Origin: a virus
DNA: 64,000 bases
IMG/VR virus record: IMGVR_UViG_3300039210_000244
Location: 20,462 to 84,461 of that record
Strand: one strand, 5' to 3'
The position numbers and the translations under genes are program-made. Below the pieces are notes generated by a model. It did not search any database. It worked only from the letters and a program-made list of their open reading frames with translations, and was not told the origin of the DNA. Of the stretch, positions 27,301 to 37,273 are shown one piece after another (positions within the stretch are counted from its first letter, which is position 1; each line of letters opens with the position of its first letter).

Positions 27301-29385
27301 TTAATAGAGCAGGTAGTACGCATTAACGTTATTCCGAAGCGTTGCTTCATCAGCGCCTAGGGTCGTAAGCGAAGCGTTGAACCAAATGTCCTCGCTTACG
27401 TCTGCCAGCGGACTAAGCGTCGCACTCCCCAATCGTAATTCTGACGGGGCGTTATCTCCCGCTGTTCCAACAGTGGGGCTACCTGCGTTCACCTGAAGAC
27501 TGTCATTTATTCCGGTCTCAAAATATGCGGTAACAACATATTGCGATCCTATGGAGTATGCCGTCGTGTTAGTGAGGTTTGCCCCAGACGAGATTAAGAA
27601 GGTGTTTCCAGTGTTTTGCTTGAGACCTGTCCGAATTGCACCACCTCCGCTCACAATCGAATCCAATGCGGTCGTTGAGTTGTTGGTCACGACCGCAAAG
27701 ACAGTAATAGGAAGCGTTGGAGAGAGGGCCGCTGTAACAATCGTATCGTCTGTTCCGTCCAAACTGACTTTCGCGTGACCGTGCGCGTCCACAATCACCG
27801 TGCCCGCTGAGACGATCTTAGGCTGTGCAGTTGTGGTTGCTTGCGTTTGGTTTCTTCCATTTGTGGTTTGATCATACCGCGTCACGACAAAGCCGTCCGT
27901 TCCAGCGCAGAAAGCAGCAAGTGCAGTCGTGTCTAAGTCTTCACCTGAAAATCCGATGTCCTGTTCGGTGTTATCGCTCGCGCGCCGAACACGAATAGCT
28001 GAACCAGCATAGGCCGCGCGCAACTTGCGAAGACTATATGCCGCGTAAGCCGAGGTAGAGATTGCATCTAGCGCGTAAGTGGACGCGGATATTGTGTAAG
28101 CAGCCGATGCAACCGCGCTGTCTTCGTAATACGGCGGGCCATCAATATACCCCGTCGCCTGCACGGTCTGAGTCGTGCTGACGGTGATCGCTGAGGTGTA
28201 GTCAGACCCAGCCGAACGCGACGGAGTCGTCACACCATCGACCGAATATTTCTGTCCCGTCGCCGTGCCGTAGTCGATAGTCACAGTCTGCGCCGACGAG
28301 TAGGTGCCTGCGGGAGGGGAGAACGTGGGCGTCGGTACCGTGCCAGCTCCAACAATCGTCGGGGTCACGCCGCCGCCGAGTCCAGTGACAGTCGGCGTCC
28401 CGTTCGTGCCATCCGCAGCTAACCAATTCGTCGGCAGATTGCCGAGGTCCGCCGTGACCCACCATCCGCCCGTTCCTACCGGGACTGATCCTGCGACTAC
28501 GCCGGCAATCTGAGTGTCAACATAAGCGGTGCTCGCTTTGGTATCTAATGCCGACTGAGTTGCGGTCGAAACAGGAAGTGATCCAGCCGTGACCTTCTTC
28601 TTCGCATTCAATGCCGCCGCATCTTCGATCACCAGTAGATCGCTCGTCGTTGGTGTCGTCTTGCTGGCAATACCGCTGATTTCGCCAGAGGCGTTGACGT
28701 GTATCGCATTGGTGTCAGTGCCGCCACCGCCACCCGCGCCTAGCTGCTGTAATGCCGCTTCGACGTTGTCGGTCGTGAAATAGCTGCCTGCATCGACGAT
28801 GGGTAAGTCTGCTCCGGTTACAACCGTGTCGTCCAAGAACAGCGTTGAGCCGGCGTCTGGCGTCCAAACGCGAAACGTGTGATTCCCGACCGGGACGGCG
28901 ATCGTCGTTGCGCCAAGGGCCGTCGTGCTGCCGTTGCGATAGACCGTGCCGCCTGCGGCAGAGATCGTGAGCGTGACCGGGACTGTTGCGCTAACCTGGA
29001 CGACGCCGCCTCGGCCTGCGGTGTAGGCGCTATTCGCGATCGTCAGTGTCTTAGGGCTGCTGCTCCATGTCACAGGGTTGATCGGCCATGGAGCTGATCC
29101 AAGCGTGAGCGTGTCGCTGACAAGCAAGCTAACGGTGAGCGCGGGCGCCGCGCCGACGTCTGACAGCGTTACCGACACGTCTCCGCTGAGTGCGTGGCCG
29201 TTGACTGTGCGCGAGGTTGGCACACTGGCAGCCGCCGCCGCATTCGCCTTCGTGGTTGCGTCGGAAGCCGCGGTCGAGATCGCGTCGGCCTTCGCCGTGT
29301 CCACATAAGCAGTTGTCGCCGTTTTCTGAACCGTCTGACCAAAGAGCGGTAGCGCCAGCGTGAGAAAAACAAGGATACGTTTCAT
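27301..29385 (-). CDS. Tail-fibre-like mosaic protein with signal peptide, Fn3-associated domain and LamG/ArabFuran-like C-terminus
   Basis: MKRILVFLTLALPLFG; VPTSRTVNGHALSGDV; NVEAALQQL; PTFSPPAGTYSSAQTVTI; AAYSLRKLRAAYAGSAIRVRRASDNTEQDIGF. Confidence 0.8.
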   Translation of the reverse strand: MKRILVFLTLALPLFGQTVQKTATTAYVDTAKADAISTAASDATTKANAAAAASVPTSRTVNGHALSGDVSVTLSDVGAAPALTVSLLVSDTLTLGSAPWPINPVTWSSSPKTLTIANSAYTAGRGGVVQVSATVPVTLTISAAGGTVYRNGSTTALGATTIAVPVGNHTFRVWTPDAGSTLFLDDTVVTGADLPIVDAGSYFTTDNVEAALQQLGAGGGGGTDTNAIHVNASGEISGIASKTTPTTSDLLVIEDAAALNAKKKVTAGSLPVSTATQSALDTKASTAYVDTQIAGVVAGSVPVGTGGWWVTADLGNLPTNWLAADGTNGTPTVTGLGGGVTPTIVGAGTVPTPTFSPPAGTYSSAQTVTIDYGTATGQKYSVDGVTTPSRSAGSDYTSAITVSTTQTVQATGYIDGPPYYEDSAVASAAYTISASTYALDAISTSAYAAYSLRKLRAAYAGSAIRVRRASDNTEQDIGFSGEDLDTTALAAFCAGTDGFVVTRYDQTTNGRNQTQATTTAQPKIVSAGTVIVDAHGHAKVSLDGTDDTIVTAALSPTLPITVFAVVTNNSTTALDSIVSGGGAIRTGLKQNTGNTFLISSGANLTNTTAYSIGSQYVVTAYFETGINDSLQVNAGSPTVGTAGDNAPSELRLGSATLSPLADVSEDIWFNASLTTLGADEATLRNNVNAYYLLY

Positions 29386-29389
29386 AGGG

Positions 29390-30247
29390 TTACATTCCAA
29401 AATTTACGGGGTAGGTTGAGCGGAGCGGATTCCACTTGGTCCCGTCGTGATATAGCTCGAACAGCGCGTCATCGCCCGACGCGTCGGTTTCGATCGAGTA
29501 AAGCGTGTCGCCGGTCGTGTTCTTAATCGTGATGATTACTCCAGCCGTCGCAGGGAGGCGGAACATCAATTCGAGTTTGTTTGCCGCCGCGCGCGTCGCC
29601 GATGTTTCATCATCGACCGTCAACAGAGCAGCCCCAGCCGCGAGTGAGACGGTGACGATTTCAAGATGCCGGTGGGCATTCGCATCTGCGATTACGGTCG
29701 CGTCTCCAGCCGCCCACGTCTGCACGTGGAATCCGTCGGGAACACTTCCAGCTGTAACTACGCCGACCGGAGTGCCATCGCTCGCCATGTTCACTTCGCA
29801 GAGCAGCTTGAACGGCTGCTGCGCGAACGTGTAGCGGGTCACGACGCCGGTTCCATCGGACGATGAAATTTCGACCTCGAAAAAAACAGTGATGTAGCGG
29901 TCGGACGAAACAGGAATGGAGTCCACCAGCGCCAGTATTTCGGTTGTGTTCAGGTTCAGCCGCGTCGTCGCAACGTCGGCCACGAGCGTGTACGCACCGG
30001 ATACCGCCAGCAGAGCGCCATCGCTGGTGTACCGTCGCAAACCAACCCGCATCTCCGTTCCCGCCGGCAGAACGCTCCCCGTCACCTTTGTCGGGGTCGA
30101 TCCCGTGGCCCCGGCGGTGAACACGATTTCGAGATCCATGATGTCCCCCGCATACAACTGCGCCATGAGGTTTGCTGGCACGGCGCCGTCGCCGAACGAG
30201 CGCGTGAGCACAGCTGTTGGGATGTCGATGGTGAAACGTGGGAGCAT
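29390..30247 (-). CDS. Putative virion / fibre-attachment protein (BppU-like N-terminus possible)
   Basis: LYAGD...LNLNTTEI...FFEVEI pattern; heads the fibre-like cluster. Confidence 0.5.
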   Translation of the reverse strand: MLPRFTIDIPTAVLTRSFGDGAVPANLMAQLYAGDIMDLEIVFTAGATGSTPTKVTGSVLPAGTEMRVGLRRYTSDGALLAVSGAYTLVADVATTRLNLNTTEILALVDSIPVSSDRYITVFFEVEISSSDGTGVVTRYTFAQQPFKLLCEVNMASDGTPVGVVTAGSVPDGFHVQTWAAGDATVIADANAHRHLEIVTVSLAAGAALLTVDDETSATRAAANKLELMFRLPATAGVIITIKNTTGDTLYSIETDASGDDALFELYHDGTKWNPLRSTYPVNFGM

Positions 30248-30346
30248 AGCGCGTCGGGATCAGTCCCTACTGCGCAAGCCAATGAATCCACGAAGCCTGT
30301 CGAGAAATACGCTGTTTATTCTTCCGTGATACCTAACTGAGAGCGT

Positions 30347-30697
30347 TCATGTGCGTGCCTTTGCTTTCTCAATCTTGCGTCCAATGCGGCGCTTCCGTTG
30401 GGCTTCCTCACCATCGCAGCAACTCCCGCAGAAGTGATACGGCGCGTGGCCGAAGTCTAGACACTCGCCCGCGCTCCATTCGTTATACCAGTCACCGCAA
30501 ACCTCACACCGCTCAACGTGGTCAGTGACTTGCCAGTCTTGATTGCCGAGAAACCAGATCACCGTTGCGGCTTGCTCTGGCGTGAGCTTTGGCATGTGGG
30601 CTGGCACGATCACGTGCCCTTCCTGCACTTCACCCTGCAAGAAGCTAAACAGCTCCTCTGTGTTCTTTCTGTCGAGTTCGTTTTGGTCGGCTCTCAT
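30347..30697 (-). CDS. Zn-finger hypothetical protein
   Basis: CEVC...FCGSC. Confidence 0.6.
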   Translation of the reverse strand: MRADQNELDRKNTEELFSFLQGEVQEGHVIVPAHMPKLTPEQAATVIWFLGNQDWQVTDHVERCEVCGDWYNEWSAGECLDFGHAPYHFCGSCCDGEEAQRKRRIGRKIEKAKART

Positions 30698-31035
30698 CGC
30701 CCCACCTCGTCGAGTAGTTGCGACGCTGCTGCCCGGCATCGGTCGAGCTCGCGCATGTGCACGAGCGTTGGCTTCGCGTCGTCCTCGACGATTCGAGCGG
30801 CAGCACTGGCGAGATTGCGCAGTGCCTCAGCCAGCTTAGACGCTAGTACACTGGCGGCATCATACGCGGCGGTCTGCTTCTGCCACTGATCTCTCCAGTA
30901 CGCGACCGCTGGCACCGCGTCGTTTGCACTGCGCGCTTCGGTGATGATCGCTTCGAGTTCAGGCACCAACGCAATTGCCTCGGGCATGTTCACGTCGTCG
31001 GCGATCGCGCAGATATGCTCGGCGAGATTTTTCAT
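30694..31035 (-). CDS. Hypothetical protein
   Basis: GAA leader; ATGA overlap. Confidence 0.6.
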   Translation of the reverse strand: MKNLAEHICAIADDVNMPEAIALVPELEAIITEARSANDAVPAVAYWRDQWQKQTAAYDAASVLASKLAEALRNLASAAARIVEDDAKPTLVHMRELDRCRAAASQLLDEVGR

Positions 31036-31069
31036 TTTCGTTTCGGGTTCGGGTTTCGTTTCGGGAAAT

Positions 31070-31348
31070 TTAGCCGACGGGTAAAGACCGCGCCGGCGGT
31101 TGGACTGTGATGGGTTTTATCTCATCGGAAGTGACTTGGAAATAGAGCTGCCCGCGCTGGCTGATCATACCGATCCGCACGAGCGCACCCATCAGGTTCT
31201 CGAACTGCGGGAGCGTGCATCCTTGCGACAAGAGCGCCGCGTAGAGCACACCGGCCGGAGCGCCGAAGGGACCGGCGGCTTTCACGCCTTCGATCACGGC
31301 ATCACAGACCGCCTTCAGAGCGGCGTTTTGTTGGGGAGTAGGGTTCAT
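31070..31348 (-). CDS. Small winged-helix-like hypothetical protein
   Basis: GAA leader; helical part ending in a beta hairpin. Confidence 0.55.
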   Translation of the reverse strand: MNPTPQQNAALKAVCDAVIEGVKAAGPFGAPAGVLYAALLSQGCTLPQFENLMGALVRIGMISQRGQLYFQVTSDEIKPITVQPPARSLPVG

Positions 31349-31385
31349 GTCTTTTCGGGTTCGGTTCGGGTTGCTGACGGAGAAT

Positions 31386-31586
31386 TTACCGCGGGCAGTA
31401 GCCGTGTTTTGACAGCGCCCGGCGCACTTCTTCGAGTGCGCCCATCATCTGATACGCCTCTTCTTTGTCGCAGGCGTTGTCGGTGTGTCTGAGTACCGTG
31501 TCGTAACCTACGCGCTTCAGGAATTGGGCGAGCGCATGGCGTTCGTCTTCGGTAAGGTCCGCGGTAAGGATAAGTGGATTTTCCAT
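31386..31586 (-). CDS. Conserved small mobile-element protein
   Basis: ALAQFLKRVG...AYQM..AL..VRRAL...GY.PR. Confidence 0.6.
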   Translation of the reverse strand: MENPLILTADLTEDERHALAQFLKRVGYDTVLRHTDNACDKEEAYQMMGALEEVRRALSKHGYCPR

Positions 31587-31602
31587 GGTAGTGTTCGGTT
31601 GG

Positions 31603-32136
31603 TCAGCTCTGCTTCTCTAACTTGAAATATCCACTCGGCGCCGCCTGAACCGCCAGCGAGGTGAAGAGCTCCAGCCCTTTCTTGCGTGAGTCACCGTGCA
31701 GACACCAATCGCGGATCTCCGGCATGATCTTCGGAACCGCGTACTGCAGCAGGTTGTTCTCTGCGATGATTTGAAGATGCTCGGCCATCAGCGCCGGACA
31801 GGCACCATCCGGACCGGTGAACCCATGCGCACGGTGTTCCTTGTCGCACTCAGCGAACCACGGCGTCGTTTGCGAATCCGGCGCGAGCCAGATGTATTTC
31901 ATGTCGGTGATGACCTCGCCCAGCTTCTCGCCACGGGCGACGTTCTTCGGATCGACCGTGAACGTGTAGAGCTCGAACAGCGGTTGAATGTAGGCGTCAA
32001 CGCGCTCGCGTTCGAGTTGGGCGAAGGCTTTGGCCATCGCGTACGCCTTCACGCAGGCCCAGAACGTCGGGTCTTTGGCGAAGGCTTTGAGCTTCGGGAT
32101 AGTGAGCGGAGAGGACTTCGTTTCGGTGGTTGTCAT
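31603..32136 (-). CDS. Hypothetical protein
   Basis: Class-I motif and GAA leader. Confidence 0.65.
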   Translation of the reverse strand: MTTTETKSSPLTIPKLKAFAKDPTFWACVKAYAMAKAFAQLERERVDAYIQPLFELYTFTVDPKNVARGEKLGEVITDMKYIWLAPDSQTTPWFAECDKEHRAHGFTGPDGACPALMAEHLQIIAENNLLQYAVPKIMPEIRDWCLHGDSRKKGLELFTSLAVQAAPSGYFKLEKQS

Positions 32137-32264
32137 TTCGGGTTCGGGTTCTAACTGGAACGATCTAAGAAGATCATAAAGGCCGGTTAGTGTAAAGATA
32201 AAAAAGAACTAAGTTTCGTCGTCCGCCACGCACTCGTCGTTAATTCGGGTTTAGGTTAAAACGC

Positions 32265-32726
32265 TCAGTAGCCTGCACGACGCAGTAGCGCCCATGCCGA
32301 CTCGTCACCTGCTCCCCACGCTTTCTCTGCACTCCAGCCGTACTTCTGTCCAGTCGCCTGAACATGTGGCGACTCACGCAGCCGCTTTTCATCGGCCTCC
32401 TGCCTAGCGTCGTCGGCTTCGCGCTGCTTTGCTCGTTCGATCTGTCCAGCGATATCTTCGGGCATTTCTCGGAGGCCCACCAACCACGCATTTTTTTCAA
32501 CGAAGCAGTTGCCGGGAAGGCGTTCGCGAAGTTCCGAGATCAAATCGCGCAGTCGCGCCCATGCATCCGGCCTCGTCTTCCAGTATTCAGTAAACCTCGC
32601 ATGAAAGCGGGCGGGCGCATCATGCGCTTCGGAAGCCGGGAGCACAATGCTTTGGGACGGCATTGCGTTGTTTATTTCGCCGAGCGGCGAGTATTGATAG
32701 GTCAGAGACGGCGTGAAAATTTCCAT
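32265..32726 (-). CDS. Hypothetical protein
   Basis: ATG 32726 after a short gap. Confidence 0.5.
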   Translation of the reverse strand: MEIFTPSLTYQYSPLGEINNAMPSQSIVLPASEAHDAPARFHARFTEYWKTRPDAWARLRDLISELRERLPGNCFVEKNAWLVGLREMPEDIAGQIERAKQREADDARQEADEKRLRESPHVQATGQKYGWSAEKAWGAGDESAWALLRRAGY

Positions 32727-32766
32727 GTTGGGTGGGCGGTTGAGGTTGAGACCTGCGAGGACGTGG

Positions 32767-33264
32767 TTAAACCCGCGCCATCTGGAGCGCAAGAGCTTCG
32801 ACGGCCCAGGTCTCGCGCTTCGCTTCGTACGCGCGGATGTAGCAGCCACGGTCAGCGAGGTCGTTGGCCGTAACCCACATTTCGCCTCTCTCGTGCTGGA
32901 GGTACTTGCCATTGCTCAGGATCAGCGCGTTTCCCTCGGCTACGATCGTGACCGCGTTGCGGATCTCTTCGAAGTGCGGAGCGGCGTGGACCTCATCGAC
33001 CTCGCGCGTGGTCTCCACACGGACGCTCTGACCCCAGTGGTAGTCGGTCTCGTCCGATTGCGCAGTGTGGAACGGCTTCGCGAACGCCTTCACCTTGGCC
33101 AAGTCAACCGAGGCATCGCGGACGGTGATCCGGAGCCCGGGATAGCCATCGGACGAGACTGTGACCTGCCGGGCATTGTAGCCGAGATTGGCTTTGATCA
33201 GCTGGCGGAGAGCTTCTGGCGTTACGCGTTCGCTGCTGGAGCGGGTAAGTGTTTCGGTTGTCAT
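32767..33264 (-). CDS. Hypothetical protein (possible polyvalent-protein-associated domain)
   Basis: Class-I motif and GAA leader. Confidence 0.6.
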   Translation of the reverse strand: MTTETLTRSSSERVTPEALRQLIKANLGYNARQVTVSSDGYPGLRITVRDASVDLAKVKAFAKPFHTAQSDETDYHWGQSVRVETTREVDEVHAAPHFEEIRNAVTIVAEGNALILSNGKYLQHERGEMWVTANDLADRGCYIRAYEAKRETWAVEALALQMARV

Positions 33265-33371
33265 GTTCTATTCGGGTTCGGGTTAATCTGACTACCCAAA
33301 TAGAAGAACAGAAATCCGTGTTAATGTAAAGAGGAAAAACAAATAAATCGAAAGTATTTTCGCCGGTCTTT

Positions 33372-33779
33372 TCAGCGACCAAGCTCCGGGTTCAGCTCGC
33401 ACAGCCGTTCATACGCGCCTTTGTCCGCCGGGCACTCGACGTAATCGACGCTCCAGCTAAATCCGTTGTGAAACGTCTGCACTTTCTCATCGGTGAAGCA
33501 GCCGCGCTCCTCGCTCCATTTCGATTCCGAGCAGAGCACCGACGGCGTGACGTTGATCCTGCCAACGCATCCGAACATCACCGGCCGCGCCACGACGTAG
33601 CACCATGCCGCGCCGTTGTGCGTATCCGGCTTAGGATGGCCCTGGCTATACGCTGGCAGCCGCAGGTTCATCAGATGGCCTGCGCGTGGCCCGGCGGTGG
33701 GTAGGGCAGCGACGTGCAGCCATTCCTTGCCGTCGGGATCTCGCTTCAAAACAGCAGTGCCTTTGATCTCGTCGCTCAT
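33372..33779 (-). CDS. Hypothetical protein
   Basis: ORF in - strand run. Confidence 0.5.
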   Translation of the reverse strand: MSDEIKGTAVLKRDPDGKEWLHVAALPTAGPRAGHLMNLRLPAYSQGHPKPDTHNGAAWCYVVARPVMFGCVGRINVTPSVLCSESKWSEERGCFTDEKVQTFHNGFSWSVDYVECPADKGAYERLCELNPELGR

Positions 33780-33830
33780 GTCCGCAGCACAGAGCCGTGG
33801 CCGAGTCGGTCAAACTTCTGACCAAACAAA

Positions 33831-34175
33831 TCACTGCCGAGGCATCACGTCGAGGTACGGGCCTCCGGAGCCAGCGCCCGTCAGGTGGATCGAGTACGCG
33901 ACGCGACCGTGCGGCTTCTGCGTCGGCCATCCGTCATGATAGTATTTATCGTCAACCTCACGATCGACGCACACGAAGCAGCCGCCCACCGCGTCCCGCA
34001 TCGCCCGGACCAACGTCAGGGCATCGACCGCGAGCTCGGTCCACGGGATCGCTACGAGATCCATGTCTCGCGTGTTCGTGCCGTGCGTCGCCAGCGCGTA
34101 ACCGTGGGCGCGTGCGACCTCTGAGAGCTGAGGGTAGAGCACCACATACGCCGCCGTTATCGACGCGGGTTTCAC
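33831..34175 (-). CDS. Minimal nucleotidyltransferase-like phage protein
   Basis: HGYALATHGTNTRDMDLVAIPW (G-[ST]...DxD). Confidence 0.5.
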   Translation of the reverse strand: MKPASITAAYVVLYPQLSEVARAHGYALATHGTNTRDMDLVAIPWTELAVDALTLVRAMRDAVGGCFVCVDREVDDKYYHDGWPTQKPHGRVAYSIHLTGAGSGGPYLDVMPRQ

Positions 34176-35077
34176 TCGTAGAACGATTCAGGAACGATCA
34201 CCCCGCCGTGGTTGGGGTGAAATTCCAGCTCATCGACGCGCTGCGCATCTACCCCTGTTATGTTGCACGTGGGCCTCCCGTCGAACGTCGGAATACCTGG
34301 CTCTACCGCTTGGCAACCCACCACGCACACCGTCTTCACGACAGCCGACTCTTTGATTGCCTGCATGGTCCCCTGATCGACCGCCCGGCCGATCTCCGTT
34401 CGGGCGATCGTCGGAATGCGTGCACTTGCGATCTCCGGAATGGACGATCGAACTGCGTCCACCGTTTCACGGATCGTCAGGCCGTCGGCCATCGACTGCT
34501 GAATCACCCGGTTGAGGTTGGCCTTCGTGGTGTCGTTGATCCGCGTGACCTGCTGCGCAAGCGTGATCGACCGGCGGAGGATGATCGAACTAGCATCGTG
34601 CACCGCTTCCTCGCCGAGAAAAGTAACCGTTCGATCGTACGCCTTGGCTGCCACGCTCTGCACCGCCGGCTGGTAGTCCATCACGAGCTCGATGTCCGCA
34701 TCAGCTCCGAGAACTTCCTCGATCGCTTGCCGCCAGAGTGCTTCGTGAGCGCCAAGGTGGATGTCGAGCTCTGCTGTCTTGGTCATCGGTACGTCAGCCG
34801 AGGCGTAGTGCGCCCGCTGTTCGAACCATGTGCATACCGCCTCGATCTTCTGCGTGAAAAAGTTATGCAAGATCCGCGAAAGGTTACGCTGACCGGCGAT
34901 CATCAATTGCCGGCGGCTTCGGATCATGTCGCTGCGGATACGCGCGCGCTGAGCGTGCACCGCTTTCGCGCCGGCGTGGAGTGGAACTGACGACGTACGA
35001 AAGCACTTGAGCTGACGCGCGGCGTTCATTGGCCGGCGGCACGCGCAGGGCTCCGGAAGATTAAGCAACAACGGCAT
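34172..35077 (-). CDS. Minor head / head morphogenesis protein (Mu gpF / SPP1 gp7-like)
   Basis: INDTTK...GLTIRE...IARTEIGRA...HPNH; directly after portal. Confidence 0.85.
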   Translation of the reverse strand: MPLLLNLPEPCACRRPMNAARQLKCFRTSSVPLHAGAKAVHAQRARIRSDMIRSRRQLMIAGQRNLSRILHNFFTQKIEAVCTWFEQRAHYASADVPMTKTAELDIHLGAHEALWRQAIEEVLGADADIELVMDYQPAVQSVAAKAYDRTVTFLGEEAVHDASSIILRRSITLAQQVTRINDTTKANLNRVIQQSMADGLTIRETVDAVRSSIPEIASARIPTIARTEIGRAVDQGTMQAIKESAVVKTVCVVGCQAVEPGIPTFDGRPTCNITGVDAQRVDELEFHPNHGGVIVPESFYE

Positions 35078-36500
35078 TGTCTTTGCCGGGCTTCGGCTTG
35101 CCGGCCGCAGGGCCGTTCGGATTATTCTGATCTTGCGGCGGGGCTCCCGTCGGAGGATTCGCGCTCGCATTAGAGCCCGCCCGTGCATCGTCCGGAGCGA
35201 TGCCCGCGACCTCGATCGGCACGTGGATGTTCGAGATGAAATACTGATCCATGTATGGATCATTGATCGTCGGAAGGCCGCAGAACTTGCGTAGCTCATT
35301 CGGCGAACAGCCACCGCGGTCGAACAGCGGGCCATGATCCTTCATTACCTGCTCAACGTCGATCAGGCCGGAGAGCGAGAAGTCGAGCTTCAGGTCGGGA
35401 CCGAACGATGGGATCAGCCCGTGCGGCGAGTTTATCGCATCGGTAAAAAGATTGAGGAGCGGCAGGCAGGTGTATTTTCGGAACTGGATGTCCTCGACGC
35501 GGGCCGTGGCGTAGTTGCTTGAGCCAAATCCAGCGACGGACAGCGGTACACCGTGGTTCAGGAAAATCTGCTCAACATTCACCTTCGCCTTTTCCATCTC
35601 CTGCATCTGCTGCGCGGTAATGCCCATCTGGAGTAGCGACCATTTGCCGTTCATCCAGGCGACTTTGCCGGAATTTTTAACGCCGGCATATTTATCGTTG
35701 AACGCCGCCTGCTGTTTTTCCCAGTCGGACTGCACGCCCTTAAACTCTTCTCGCACGAGAACAGCCGACGGCATGGCGCCGTTCTGCATGAACCGTTCGT
35801 TGTAGAGAGCGCGGTTGATGAAATCGTCGAAGACCGACTCGGCTTGTTCGATCTCACCCAAGCCCCAAATCTGACTACCTGCATTCGGGCGCTTGAAATG
35901 GATAATCTCGTCCGGCGTAAACTCCACCTCACCGCCGCTCACCCGGTAGCAGTATTTTGCCACGCGCATTGTCCTGTCGGGAATGATACGGATTAGGTGC
36001 GGGTAGAGGGCGAAGATGTTCTTCGGCTGTCCGTAGCCGTTCATCTCATCCTTAAACCAGAAGCAGTTGCCCGTGGATTTCATGTGCGCGACCCACAGAT
36101 ACAGCAGCTCGGAAATTGTGTCGTACGGGTTCGGGTTCTTCAGCAACCGCGCCAGTTCTGGATCCACCTTTACCTTTGCGCCGCGCTTTCTTTTGTCCGG
36201 GTCGCTTGAGACGAAACTCATGTCGGTCGAGAGCACGACGTTCGCCACGAGGTCGATCGCGCGAGCGGAGGCCCAGACCTGTTTCGTGCTGGCCTTGATG
36301 TAGGACGAAAAGCCGGCGAACTTATTCGTCGCGACGCCAGGGCCTAGCGACATGATGCCGCCGAACGATCCGTCACCTTCGTTATCATCGACTCCGAGTA
36401 GCATTTTCTGATCGTTAGATCGGAAAGCTCCAACCAAAGATTGGCGGTCAGCAATGAGCGCAGCCGCCTTGGCGGTCGGTGATCCAAAGAATCGCGGCAT
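35061..36500 (-). CDS. Portal protein (HK97/lambda type)
   Basis: LLKNPNPY...GNCFW...EIIHFK...GLGEI...NGAMPS...GVP...SNYA...NELR. Confidence 0.92.
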   Translation of the reverse strand: MPRFFGSPTAKAAALIADRQSLVGAFRSNDQKMLLGVDDNEGDGSFGGIMSLGPGVATNKFAGFSSYIKASTKQVWASARAIDLVANVVLSTDMSFVSSDPDKRKRGAKVKVDPELARLLKNPNPYDTISELLYLWVAHMKSTGNCFWFKDEMNGYGQPKNIFALYPHLIRIIPDRTMRVAKYCYRVSGGEVEFTPDEIIHFKRPNAGSQIWGLGEIEQAESVFDDFINRALYNERFMQNGAMPSAVLVREEFKGVQSDWEKQQAAFNDKYAGVKNSGKVAWMNGKWSLLQMGITAQQMQEMEKAKVNVEQIFLNHGVPLSVAGFGSSNYATARVEDIQFRKYTCLPLLNLFTDAINSPHGLIPSFGPDLKLDFSLSGLIDVEQVMKDHGPLFDRGGCSPNELRKFCGLPTINDPYMDQYFISNIHVPIEVAGIAPDDARAGSNASANPPTGAPPQDQNNPNGPAAGKPKPGKDNAVVA

Positions 36501-36598
36501 GGTAGTGTTCAGTTCAGTTCGGTTCAGCTCTGGCGTTCGCACGCTTAGAGAAACACCTCTGGCCGTCTAGCAATTCCCTTAACTTTCGCGCATGGGCA

Positions 36599-36630
36599 CA
36601 AAAAAGCCGGCCCACCTCGGCGGACCGGCT
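36599..36630 (-). terminator. Intrinsic terminator upstream of portal
   Basis: AGCCGGTCC...GGGCCGGCT-TTTTT. Confidence 0.7.
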
Positions 36631-36647
36631 CGAAACTATCTCAACGA

Positions 36648-36908
36648 TCAACCTCGTTCGACACCGCGCGGCCCCGGGATCTTGCCGAGCAATCGGTGAT
36701 AGTCCGTGACCTCGTTCTGGATCGCCTCGAACACCTTTGCCGAATCGTCGGGAGAGAGATTGGCTGTCTCCATGATTCGAAAGAAGCACGCGGCGTATCC
36801 AGCCATGAACATACGTTCACTCTCTTGTTTCTGAGTCTGGCTGATCGGGTGCATGTGCGGCTCCCAGACAGAGGCGCACAAAGATTTGAAAGCGTTTTGT
36901 GCGTTCAT
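36648..36908 (-). CDS. Hypothetical protein
   Basis: ATGA overlap. Confidence 0.55.
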   Translation of the reverse strand: MNAQNAFKSLCASVWEPHMHPISQTQKQESERMFMAGYAACFFRIMETANLSPDDSAKVFEAIQNEVTDYHRLLGKIPGPRGVERG

Positions 36909-37270
36909 GGTGAGAGTTTGGTGAGTAGAGCCGCGTTCGCCTGCGCGTCGTGCAGCTCGCGCTCGGTGCGTGCGTGGAAGTAGCGGATGACCGCGTTTCG
37001 GTGATTCCAGAAAACACCCTCCAGCCGATCCAGCGACCCGCACGGACAGTCAAACACGTGTGACACGCCGTTGAAGTCGCCGACGCTGATCGAGCTGCTC
37101 GCGTTGTCCGGGATGTAGAGATCCGGCTTCGCCTTGCGATTCGCTTCGAGCGCTGCGAGCTCACCGTCATCCATGTTCTCGCCGGTCGCGACGTAGTGCT
37201 TGCGGCCACACTGGCACGTCGCGGTCGGTGATCCTCCCCAGCTAAGCATTGCTTCGAATTCTTTTGTCAT
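36905..37270 (-). CDS. Zn-binding hypothetical protein
   Basis: CQCGRKH...DCPC. Confidence 0.6.
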   Translation of the reverse strand: MTKEFEAMLSWGGSPTATCQCGRKHYVATGENMDDGELAALEANRKAKPDLYIPDNASSSISVGDFNGVSHVFDCPCGSLDRLEGVFWNHRNAVIRYFHARTERELHDAQANAALLTKLSP

Positions 37271-37273
37271 AGG

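Noticed and set aside
32240-32260. Leader-like AACCTAAACCCGAA with no adjacent ATG
   Set aside because: No credible ORF follows; probably a remnant of a lost gene
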